Shown one piece after another: positions 27,265 to 37,976 of a stretch of DNA of 64,000 nt. Source of the DNA: Paraspadella gotoi (Eukaryota > Animalia > Chaetognatha); contig CM119263.1 in assembly GCA_051294375.1 (NCBI GenBank), positions 17,156,171-17,220,170 of the forward strand, written 5' to 3'. Numbering within the stretch: position 1 is the stretch's first letter; each line of letters opens with the position of its first letter. The notes below the pieces were generated by a model that saw nothing but the letters and a program-made list of their open reading frames with translations, did no database searches and was not told the DNA's origin. Made by a program: the position numbers and the translations under genes.

Positions 27265-30009
27265 CGTATTTCTGTATTTCAAAGTATCTCTGTCCTTATT
27301 CTTTGCCTTCTGTGTTGTCTTCACTTTGTTTGCTTCCAATCGATCGGGACATTTGTTTGTTCGGTCTCTTCTCATTTGTTTGTTGACAATGGAGCCTCGT
27401 TACAAGTTCGGCTATTGTGTTGTTCTTTTTTTTTCCCCTTTTGGTCGGACTGAGTTAGGCAGGGCACCTTTCGTCGCCCCTCGTCGCTAATTACAAATTG
27501 ATGATAAGCAAAGATAAAAAACAGAGCAACGCCAATAAAGTAGGATTAATTGGATCGACTTTGGGTAAAATCCAAAACAACGATACGAACTATTCCGTGG
27601 GTTATCACGCCGATAATTTTGTTTTCTGATGCTTTTTGGCTTCGACCAAACTGTTCAAAACTGTTCCAACAAAAAGCAAATCAAATTCATCAAGCCTCAA
27701 ACCTTTATTTTGACTGGATACTTTAAATTCAGAGTTTCCCCAAACTTTAGCGCAATCCGGGTCGTTTTTCAGGACCCGGTTCATTTTCACTCTCTCACGT
27801 TTTTTTTATTTCCCTTTTCTTTTTCACCCTGATTTTATTTGTTTTTTCAGGCCTCACCCTTCAAAATCGAGTAAATTGGGGCAAAGAATCAAAGTTGAAC
27901 CAAAGTTTATCGTTGTTGTTAGCGTCGTTGTTGTCGCGAAAGTCGCCTTGTTTTTTTTTGTTTTTTTTTTTTTTGTTTTTTGTTTTTTTCTTTTTTTTGC
28001 TCGAGCTAAAAGGTGAAAAACCTGGGAATTCAATCTCAGCAGAGAGTAATTAGAAACGTGAGAAAGAGAGAAAGAGTGAAGTGGACCCAATCAAGGTAAC
28101 AGAAAGAAAAACTTTTAAAGCTTTTGTTAGAAAGTTTAAATTCGCTTTCAAGTCCGTGAAGACAAAGTGTAGTTTGACGTTTACTGTTACTATAATAATA
28201 TAATTACATTAGTAGAGACGAAAAGCTTTTCAAGGAAAATGGATATTAGCTATTGCGTTGGGAGGAAAACGGTTTGAACCATTCTGAATTTAAAACTAAT
28301 GAACCGTAACCATAGAATATTTCTGATTCGGAAAATTAATCAATACTCTATCGATATTTGATGGAAAAAAAATACAGAGAGTGAGACAGAAACGGACTCA
28401 CAGTCAGAGATAGATATTTCAAAGGGAGAATGAATTTTTATGAGAATAATTTAAAGTAAACGTCGTGATATCTTGGAACAAAGAATACATTCGAGACTCC
28501 CTCATTGTAAAAAAAAGGACAGCGGCTTTGTCGACGACGTCGATAACGACGACGACGGCAACGACGACGACGGCAACGACGTCGAACAATGAACGAGCGT
28601 ATTTTCGGATTCTTGGCAACGCCGACACCCGCACCATACGCGCCTCTCTTGGCCAAGAATCAGAAAGACAGTCGCAAATTCGACAACGACGACGACAATG
28701 TCGTCCACAGCGAAAATTTCAACTGTGAACGAGAAAACGACTTCCCATTGGCAAAGGCTGAAGCCTAGAGGGTTTTTGGTCTTGAAAGAGGCGACAGTGA
28801 GTGAAGTGGGGAAGGGGGTTCGTGAGGGTGAAAGGAAAAACCTTTTTGGCTAAAGGAAAATGGGTTAGAGAAGTCTACAAAAAATATTTGTTCATGGATA
28901 TGGGGGAAAATAGAAATTAAAAAAGGTAGAAAATTGTAGCCGGCAATTTAAAGATAATGGCCGGAGTTGGTGGGAATTTTAAAAAAATTAAAGGAGAAAA
29001 ACTTTTTTTTTTAGAAAGAATTGAAAAAGGAGTTAAAAAATTCAAAGACATTTTCGAGGTACGGACAGGGGAGCAGTAGAAAAAAATTAGGTGTGAACAA
29101 GATTGCCAACTCGAGCGCCGCCTCGCGTCGGGACGCAAGAAATGGCGAAACATTAAAAGAACTCCAGGGAGGGACGCATTTGAATTTCCAGCGACGCAGC
29201 AGCCGAGCGGGACTGCTGCAATGCTGCATGGCTCTTCGTTAATGAAGAGAAGCGGGGTAGAAAAGTGAATATGCCTCTTTTTAAAAAAAAAAATTGAAAA
29301 ATTGAAAAATGAAATTAAGGACGCAGGAAGTAATGATCAAATTGAGAAATTAAATTTAAAACACTTGAAAAACATCTGTTTATTCAGATTGAGGTACATA
29401 GCAATTCTTTCCTACAGAGAATTAAACTTTAAGTAAGCAGTTCAAGATATTTTTTGAACCAAAACTGCGCATAATTTATTTAAGATTCGCGGAACGGTTT
29501 TTGTTGTTGACGAAAAAAAAAAGGTCAACGGAGAGAAAAGCTATTTGTATCGGAATTGGTCGCCGAAGCCGATGCGGAAGGGCGGAAGGGCGGAAGGGCG
29601 GAAGGGTGGAAGGGCGGAAGGGCGGAAAGGCGGAAGGGCCTTTGGAAATCCAAGGACTACAACGCCAGGACCACAACACGCCCAGATCTTTTTGTCATTT
29701 CCTCGAGTTTTACTCGGAGTTAAAATTCTGGAGGAAAGAAGGAAAAAAGACGCTAACGCGTTCCTAATGGGACCCGATGCCAGTCTGGCCCGGGGAAGAG
29801 AGAGAGAGAGANNNNNNNNNNNNNNNNNNNNNNNNNNNNNNNNNNNNNNNNNNNNNNNNNNNNNNNNNNNNNNNNNNNNNNNNNNNNNNNNNTAAACATC
29901 TGCTTTGGCATGAAAGCCACCTCGTTAATCAAGGCGGCAAAGGACGGCTGAAGACGAAGAGAGAGAAGAGAAGGTTAATAACCGTCGATGATAAAAAGGG
30001 TAAGTGAAT
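25036..30009 (+). repeat. Segmental duplication copy B (lacks the transposon insertion)
   Basis: Direct tandem near-copy of 18476-25019; contains an N-gap at 29812-29892. Confidence 0.92.
29575..29638. repeat. (GGGCGGAA)n octamer tandem array (counterpart at ~24591-24643)
   Basis: ~8 near-perfect units seen directly. Confidence 0.85.
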
Positions 30010-30101
30010 AGAGAGAGAAAGGTCGAGATCGTTTGAGGTAAATCTTCGACGAACGACCCCGTTGACCTGTAGGTTAGAGAGAGAGAGAGAAGGACGAGAG
30101 A

Positions 30102-30146
<45 letters not shown>

Positions 30147-30868
30147 CGTCTCTCCAAGTCCAGTGGAATTGTTTTGGAGATTGATGCTACTGAGACTGTT
30201 TTTTGTGCGTCTTTCGTTTCTCGCGGAAAAATAACGATTTCGATAACCTCAGTACCGATTAATCTAGATGAAAACATTCTGTTGAAAAGCTTTTCCATCG
30301 CCGCGGGAAAATTTTTGCAAAGGTTCTTGAAAACGAAGCGTTCAATTTTAGCTAGGGCTTACGAGCGTCAATATATATACCCTCCTTTTTTTTTAATCAT
30401 AAAAATACAATTTCACAACTTCTTTTTCTTTCCAAACATTTATTTCAGATCTATGCCATATCATAATCCTTATGTCTTAACCCTTTTCTTCAACAGACTT
30501 CTTTACTTTTTCCTCCCACTTTGCTGATTTCCATCTTTTTTTTTCCTTCCTCAAAAACTTTTTTCCTTTTTTTTTTTACATTGGTCCTCCCTTGTTTTTC
30601 CATCCCCTTAAATTCTTCCCTCCTTCTTTCTCCATGTTTACCTCTCGAATTATTGTCCGGAAAATAGAGAATTTCTCTCTCGCGGCCTTAAGAGCCCCTC
30701 ATTTTGGTTTCAGTGGAAAGGGAATAAAACTTCGGCGGAAATAATAATAAAAACTTCGCGGGGATATAACAATCGCGGCGCCACCCGACCGAGTGCGTTG
30801 TGTCACCGAATTTTTACCCAATTTATCCGCCAAAACTCGGAATGTTTTTTCTCTTCTTTTTTTTTTTT

Positions 30869-31494
30869 NNNNNNNNNNNNNNNNNNNNNNNNNNNNNNNN
30901 NNNNNNNNNNNNNNNNNNNNNNNNNNNNNNNNNNNNNNNNNNNNNNNNNNNNNNNNNNNNNNNNNNNNNNNNNNNNNNNNNNNNNNNNNNNNNNNNNNNN
31001 NNNNNNNNNNNNNNNNNNNNNNNNNNNNNNNNNNNNNNNNNNNNNNNNNNNGGTCTAGACGAGAAAGAGAGAGTTAGTTGCGGAGGTCCTTCTCTACATG
31101 ACTCAAATGCATAACTCGAAGTAAGTTGCATCATTGTAAAAATTGTTAAACCATATTTGTCTTCTTTTTTTTTTTTGCAGTATGTAAGGAGCATTTTATC
31201 GGAATGGGNNNNNNNNNNNNNNNNNNNNNNNNNNNNNNNNNNNNNNNNNNNNNNNNNNNNNNNNNNNNNNNNNNNNNNNNNNNNNNNNNNNNNNNNNNNN
31301 NNNNNNNNNNNNNNNNNNNNNNNNNNNNNNNNNNNNNNNNNNNNNNNNNNNNNNNNNNNNNNNNNNNNNNNNNNNNNNNNNNNNNNNNNNNNAAATAAAA
31401 TTTCTGTTTTATTGTTATACAATTTATTGCTTTGCGTTACAAAACAAATTAAAAGAAAATCACCCAGTAAGTGAGGCGAACCTCNNNNNNNNNN
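30869..31494. other. Cluster of assembly gaps (30869-31051, 31209-31392, 31485-31494); other gaps at 5735-5744, 18261-18285, 29812-29892, 52083-52371, 52852-52876
   Basis: Runs of N. Confidence 0.99.
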
Positions 31495-33715
31495 CAAACT
31501 CTCATTTCCACTTCGGACTTTTTAACAATTTTTTTGTCATATCAAACTGGTCTTTTTACGCTAGTCTTTTATTTCCATTGTTTTATTTTCTTTTCTTTAT
31601 TTTTTTCTTTTTTTCACTTCTTTTCTCTTTTGTGGATTTTTTTGTTTTATCTGCTTTCCCCTTTATTTCTGCTTTTTTCCTTAATTTTGATTTCCTTTTT
31701 CCAATCATTCTATGTTTTGCATTAATATTTTGACTTATACCCTGTCGCGCTGACCGCCTATCCACTGTACCGCCCCCGACGCCGCCGTCTATCGGCAAAC
31801 CCGTCCGATCCCCAAACCGCTGCCCCTTCCACCCCCCCTCCGATCCCCCCTCCACCCCACAGCCACCGCCCCCGGCGCTCGCCGACGGCCGCGACCGGAA
31901 ACGAATCCTCGAAACGTCGCGTCCTTGCGTCGCCAGCGGAGAAGCGCTGACCCGGATTCCAAGAATTGGACGGCGACGAGAAGAATGATGTTGACATTCA
32001 CGCCGGGGGACGCTGTTGCGGGGGAGGTTGGGGGGGAGGGGGAGGTTGATGGGGGAAGGGAGGGGGACGAAGATGAAGGAGGGACAGTTCGAGTGGGAGA
32101 AGAATCGAGGGAGGCTAATTGGGGTATAGTAGAAGAGGAGCAATTGATAGAGCGGTTGATTTTGGAAGAGGAGCTATCCGCTATGTAGTCGGCTGAATAG
32201 AGAGGAGAACATAACGGTTGTGGTTATGCTGACGTGATAAATGAAAGGGAAGAATGAGCGGATGACGACAAGTGATTGAGGGAAAGTGAGAATCATTTGG
32301 ATATGAGAATGTGATCAGTGGATGGTAGGTTATACACAATATACAGGGTGTGGTGATAAAAAGTCAGTTTTGGTGATTTGTAATGATAAAAAAATTCTTA
32401 TGTAAAACCTAATTTATTTACTAGTGTAACTATTATAATCAACAAAGCCGTCTTTCAAAATTTTATAACCTGATTGCTCTTCGTTTTGATTATATTAGAT
32501 TTTTTGCGGATGACTTCCGATTGAAGTCCCTGTAGAAACAGCGAAAGCCGAGCCAAAGCTACGTCCAATGAGAAGGAGCAAGCCATGAGGTGTCGTTTGT
32601 TTTTGAAAAGTCAAAGAGATCGAATGAAAACCTAAGAAAGTGTTTTACATGACCAAAAAAAAAATGTTTTTTTCTGTTCTCGAGATTCTCACCTCTATTT
32701 TGGTGAGGTGGAGAAAGTTGACCTTCCGACGAGTTGGCTGACGGGTTCATTAAAGTGAGGTCATCGACTCCGCTGATTTTTCCAAACGAACGATGAAGAC
32801 GATCGAAGTTAAATTTACATTTTATAATTAATACAAAATTCATAATCCAATGGTTTTTGTAGTTAGTAACTGAACATTCAAAACGCAAAACAAAACACGT
32901 AATTATATTTTTAAAAAAGTCTTTTTCAGTTAGTATAACTGTAACATTAGGCCGAGAATCTCTGTTTTTTCCCCTCGATTCGTTTTTCTTTCCAAAGTCC
33001 CACTTTTTTTTCCAATTCCCTTCATCCCTTTTTCTTTTCTTTTCCCTAAAAAACAATCTTTACCCGAGACATTCATCGACGCGGCATCATCAGCACGTCC
33101 CTTCCACTGGCGCAATCGGCACGCCCTCGCCGTCAAACTCATTTACATGCATTTGTCTCTTCTTTTTTTTTCACTAGATTGTTTTGTATTCTCGACGTCA
33201 TTTTCCTTGTTCAATTTGTTCTTTTGTTTCCTCGGTTCGTTTTTTGCTGTCATCAGTCATGTTCCTCGTTCACTATGATGTGAATGTTTTTGACTCGATC
33301 AATCGCGATCGATCGTTTGTAACGTCGATCGCTACGATTTCCCGCCAAATTAATCCCATTTTCAAACAAAACGATGAACCGTAAAAAAAACTAAAATCGG
33401 CGAGCGTGAGAAAGAAAATCAACTCTAAACTTTCCCGACGCCCTCTCGCGTCGTTTTCTTCGACGCACTCATTTTAAAAAAAGGTGCGCATAACGATCCG
33501 TTTTCAAGATTCCTCGCACAACGGCGCCCTAACGACGCTAACGGCCGCCACCGTATCCAATCGTACTCATCGTCTCCTTGAGCGTCGTCGTTCTCGTTAG
33601 AGTTACGTCAATAACAACCTTATTGTCTTCGCCATTTTGATTTCCTTACGCGAAAAAAAAATGAGAAAAAAATGAGGAAATGACTGAAAAAAAAAGAAAA
33701 GAAAAAGTCGATCGT

Positions 33716-33961
33716 CTTCGTCGTCGTCGTCACCCTTTTCTCTCAACGTTTTCTTCACAGTTTTCCTTCTTGTCGTCGTCGTCGTCGTCGTCACCCTTTT
33801 CTCTCAACGTTTTCTTCACAGTTTTCCTTCTTGTCGTCGTCGTCGTCGTCGTCACCCTTTTCTCTCAACGTTTTCTTCACAGTTTTCCTTTCTTGTCGTC
33901 GTCGTCGTCGTCGTCGTCGTCACCCTTTTCTCTCAACGTTTTCTTCACAGTTTTCCTTCTT

Positions 33962-33995
<34 letters not shown>
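33716..33995. repeat. Compound minisatellite: 4 units of ~61-68 bp (CACCCTTTTCTCTCAACGTTTTCTTCACAGTTTTCCTTCTT + variable (GTC)n)
   Basis: Unit core recurs at ~33731, ~33792, ~33853 and ~33921. Confidence 0.92.
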
Positions 33996-34781
33996 GTTCA
34001 GCGCCTAAGACAACGTCGGGTCCCCGAGGAGAAACTAAACTCCAGAACGTCATTTGTCTCCCCACATCTTTTTAAGTCGCGAGAGGCGACCTTAATGAGA
34101 ACATTTTGCGTTTTCTCGCTTTTGTTGGTGAAACTGCTTATCTACCAATAAGAATATCTGTGTGTAACTATGTGGCCATGATCATGTCACAATATTAAAC
34201 GTTAACGGGAGTTTTTTTTTTTTCATTATGAACACTGATGAACAATATTAATTAACAGCTCTTGGTTATTTCCGTAGATGACAAAAGTGATATATCCTGA
34301 AAGCATTTGAAAGTAATTGGTTTGTTAATTTTAAGCAAACGTTGAATTCTGTTGATTTGTAAGAGTCTTGTCAGCAAAAATGTTTTTTTATAGTCGAAAT
34401 ACCTACGAATCGACTACAGTGAAAGGAAAAGGATCCGGCCCTCGTTTACGAATCGTAATTGTCATTTGGGAGAACCAAGCAAGCCCATGCTCTCTCTCGC
34501 TCTTTACTCTTTAGCAAGTAACCGTCGAGCCGATTCCTTAGTCTGATGTGGCGTGATCGGAGATGTCATTAGCCGAAAAGTACACTCGTCGATCGTCCGT
34601 TCGTGAAGAATCGGTTTTTCTTTCTTTCTTTTTTATATTTTTAAAATAAGTTGAATAAAGATTTCTTTCTTTTTTTTTTTTAATAATTTGGGAAAGAGTT
34701 TTCTTTCTTTGACTTTTTTCTTTTCTCAGAAGTTGAAAAGGTTAGAAAGTAAAAAAAAATTTATTCTTTCTTCTACATTCT

Positions 34782-34804
34782 TGCCTGCCTGCCTGCCTGC
34801 CTGC

Positions 34805-34880
<76 letters not shown>
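34782..34880. repeat. Compound tetranucleotide microsatellite (GCCT)n-(GCTT)n-(CTTT)n
   Basis: Seen directly. Confidence 0.9.
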
Positions 34881-34885
<5 letters not shown>

Positions 34886-35539
34886 TTTTCTCTCTTTCTC
34901 CGTAAACCCGCTTCCGGATCGATGAGCAATCTTGTCGATTCTTCTTTCCACGATCCTATTTCCGTTTCCCTTCGGAGGACAACACCCACCAACCATTCTC
35001 TGCCGATTTGCGGAAACATTAGTTGCCTTCTCAAAAGACGAAGACGGCGATGACGACGACGACAACTACAACAACGATTCGAGAACAGACCGTTTTAAAT
35101 TTCCATCATATAACAAATTGAACAAAGGCAACAACGAAAACGACGGTAAACATCGTCGACGTTGTGACAAAAGGTATGAAAGCAAAAAAAACAAACTATT
35201 TGACAAGAAAGAAAATCCGAACAATGAAAAGGATCAAGGGATATCGACCGGAGAATATATACGGCTTTCTTTGATTTCAACCGTTCGTGTATTTTTTTAT
35301 AAAAAAAAAAAAAAACTTAAAAAATTAAGAAACTTCGCCTTCAACTACATCAGCGAGAAAGAAAAGAAAAAACAATAAATGTTAAGTTCAGTTCTTTTTG
35401 TTTTTCAGGCTAACGTGATTCCCGACTTTTCGGTTTTGTTTTTTCAAATTTTTTTTTCGTTTTTCCCTTTTTTTTTCTTCTCAAAGGTCGAAAGCGATTA
35501 TGGTCGCGTTCGACGCCACCTCGGACACTAAATCGGAGC

Positions 35540-35630
35540 CAAATCGCTTTTTCCGCTTCGACCCGTTGCCGACCCGTTGCCGGATAGTTGCCGACCCCTT
35601 GCGGACACGATGCCGAACGGTTGCCGACCC
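35540..35630. repeat. Degenerate 11-bp tandem repeat (GTTGCCGACCC)
   Basis: gacccgttgccgacccgttgccggatagttgccgacccc...gttgccgaccc. Confidence 0.7.
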
Positions 35631-37976
35631 TAGCGCCCAACTTTTCTTTGACCCTGCGACGGCGTTTTCTCTCTCGACCCTGGCGTGGCGGCGCCCTCTG
35701 TGTTTGACCTCCCTTTGGCGCTGATCACAATCTTCGCGTCGATCGCGCCCTCGGCGGTCGCCATCTTGTGGAAACCGCGTCGTGTATTGCACCGACTGGC
35801 TTGCTGCGAGCGTGACTCTCTCGTCAATGGTGTAAAAAAAAATACGAGGAATGCTTCGGTTTGATGACCACTTTCCATGGATTATTGCATTCGTTCCATC
35901 ATAATTATGTCAAGTAGTTTTTTATGTTAAACTTGACATCTAAAAAAGAAAACATATCAGTTTTCTTTTTCACAAAACAGTGATGTTGACGCTCTTTTTT
36001 CCGCATCGATTTGTTCGTGATTGATTAACGAAAAAAGCCCGAATCCCTCGAGGCGAAAAAAAAAAATATCTCGTCGAGGAGAGAGAGATCCCGACTGAAG
36101 ACCACAAGGGGCAGAGGGTGAAAGTCATTCATCCCACCGAGGACTCTGACTAAAAAAAACCACCGTAACCTTGACAACAGCAAACGATTTTCGCGGCACG
36201 ACGCACGAAGCGTCGAAGCAACTTTTGCTGAAAACGTCGACGACCGTCGTGAACGAAAACCAAAACAGCGGCGCGCAACTTTATGGAGAATCGTTTACGA
36301 CGATTACCAAAACATTTGGCTAACTTTTGCCGATATCATTCGTCGTCTGCCAAATATCTCTTAGGAAAGTAGTTTGGCAAAGATATCGTTCAAATCTCGC
36401 GTCATCTTTTCCTCGAGTTTTCAATTTGTAAATAACTTGTTTTTCTACCAGCACCTTCTTTTTTTTTTCCCCTTTAACACACTGGTACACTTTTTTCGCT
36501 CACCTTTCATTTCTTAATCACTGCAACGTTCACCATGCTCCTTTTCAACATTTTTCACCTCCGCAACTACTCACCTCCTTTTCCTAACCGTTTTATATTT
36601 CCCATTTTGACTTTCTTTTTTCCATTTTCTCCCTCCACTTCCACTCCTTCTCTCCTCCCATTTCTGATTTCCCTCACTTCGGCATTTTTTTGTTTACCTT
36701 TCATTACTTCCTCACTTTTGCACTTCTTTGTTTACCTTTCATTACTTTCCAACTTCGGACTCTTCAGTGCAGTTTCCTCGTCCTTCAATCGACATGTTTT
36801 GGTTTCTTTCGCGGTTTTTTTTTCTCCTAGCAACGGCGGAAGCGAGAGACCAGACGGTTTCCTTCCAACCCAGAATCGCTTCTTTGCCCAAACATTATTT
36901 TTTTTTAACTTGCTTTCCCGACGGTCAAAGGTTAAGTGTCTTTGGTTGAAGAGTCTTTTCTTTCCAACTTAAAATTTAAGATGTCTTTTTCAAGACAGTT
37001 CATGAAAAATTTAGGTAAACTGCAGGTTATTACGATTAAACATCTCGCTGTTTTGTAATTATTTTATAATTATCTGTTGTCATCGTCACTTGCTGTTTAA
37101 GAAAAAAATTATGCGTTGCTCTACTTTTTTTTTCGGGCAACTCGTCAAAAATCTTGCTGAGATGGCATCGTAATACCGTTCTACGGATAAACAAAAGATC
37201 TCTTTTTTTTTAAATCACGCTTAAATTAAAGCTAAAACTCTTTTTTGTTAAATATTTTTTTGTAATTCGTAGTTTAAACTTAACAATTTTTAAACCTCAA
37301 ATATTTTTAGGAGGTCTGCTGGTTGAAGCGTCGAAATTTTAGTATGGAATACTTTGTTTAATACCTGCACTTCCCATTAATTCCAAAACGAATCTAAACT
37401 ATCTCCCTTTTTGAAAAAAATATGCCCGAAAGGCTAAGTGGATACATGAGAAAATGCAAAGAATATTTTGATAATTTTTTTTATAATATTAAATTTAAAA
37501 GGTTTTCCATCTTTTGTCTATTTTTCTTATCCACGAGAGCGAACTTAGCGCTAAGCCGGAGACGGTGGCGCTTAAAAAAAAACAAAATATAACCTAATCC
37601 TGCATTTGTGGCCTCGTTACTGTTTTAGTTTAGTTTAGTTTACTGTTTTACTGGCCTCGTCATTGTGTGAACCAATATCTAATCTGCACTTCAATTGTTT
37701 TATTAATTATTAACAATTTTTTTAATAAAATCAGTTAGAAGTTATTGGTAATTTGGTAGGAAATAAGTTTTGTGTGAAACAAGTGTAAGTATTTTTTCAA
37801 AAACTCGAGTAGCAGTACTCATAGTAAAAAAAACTTTTGTGTTTATAAAAAATATCGTTCATCGCTATGAAGTTAGATATATTTTTCGATGAAGGAATCA
37901 CCAAAAGGAAAAGTAAAACGTAAGACGTATGGCTTCGAAAATAGTTAGTTTTTATCTAATGATAAACAGAATTGAT

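Noticed and set aside
33716-33995. CRISPR-like repeat-spacer appearance
   Set aside because: Spacers are (GTC)n, the context is eukaryotic, and there are no cas genes.
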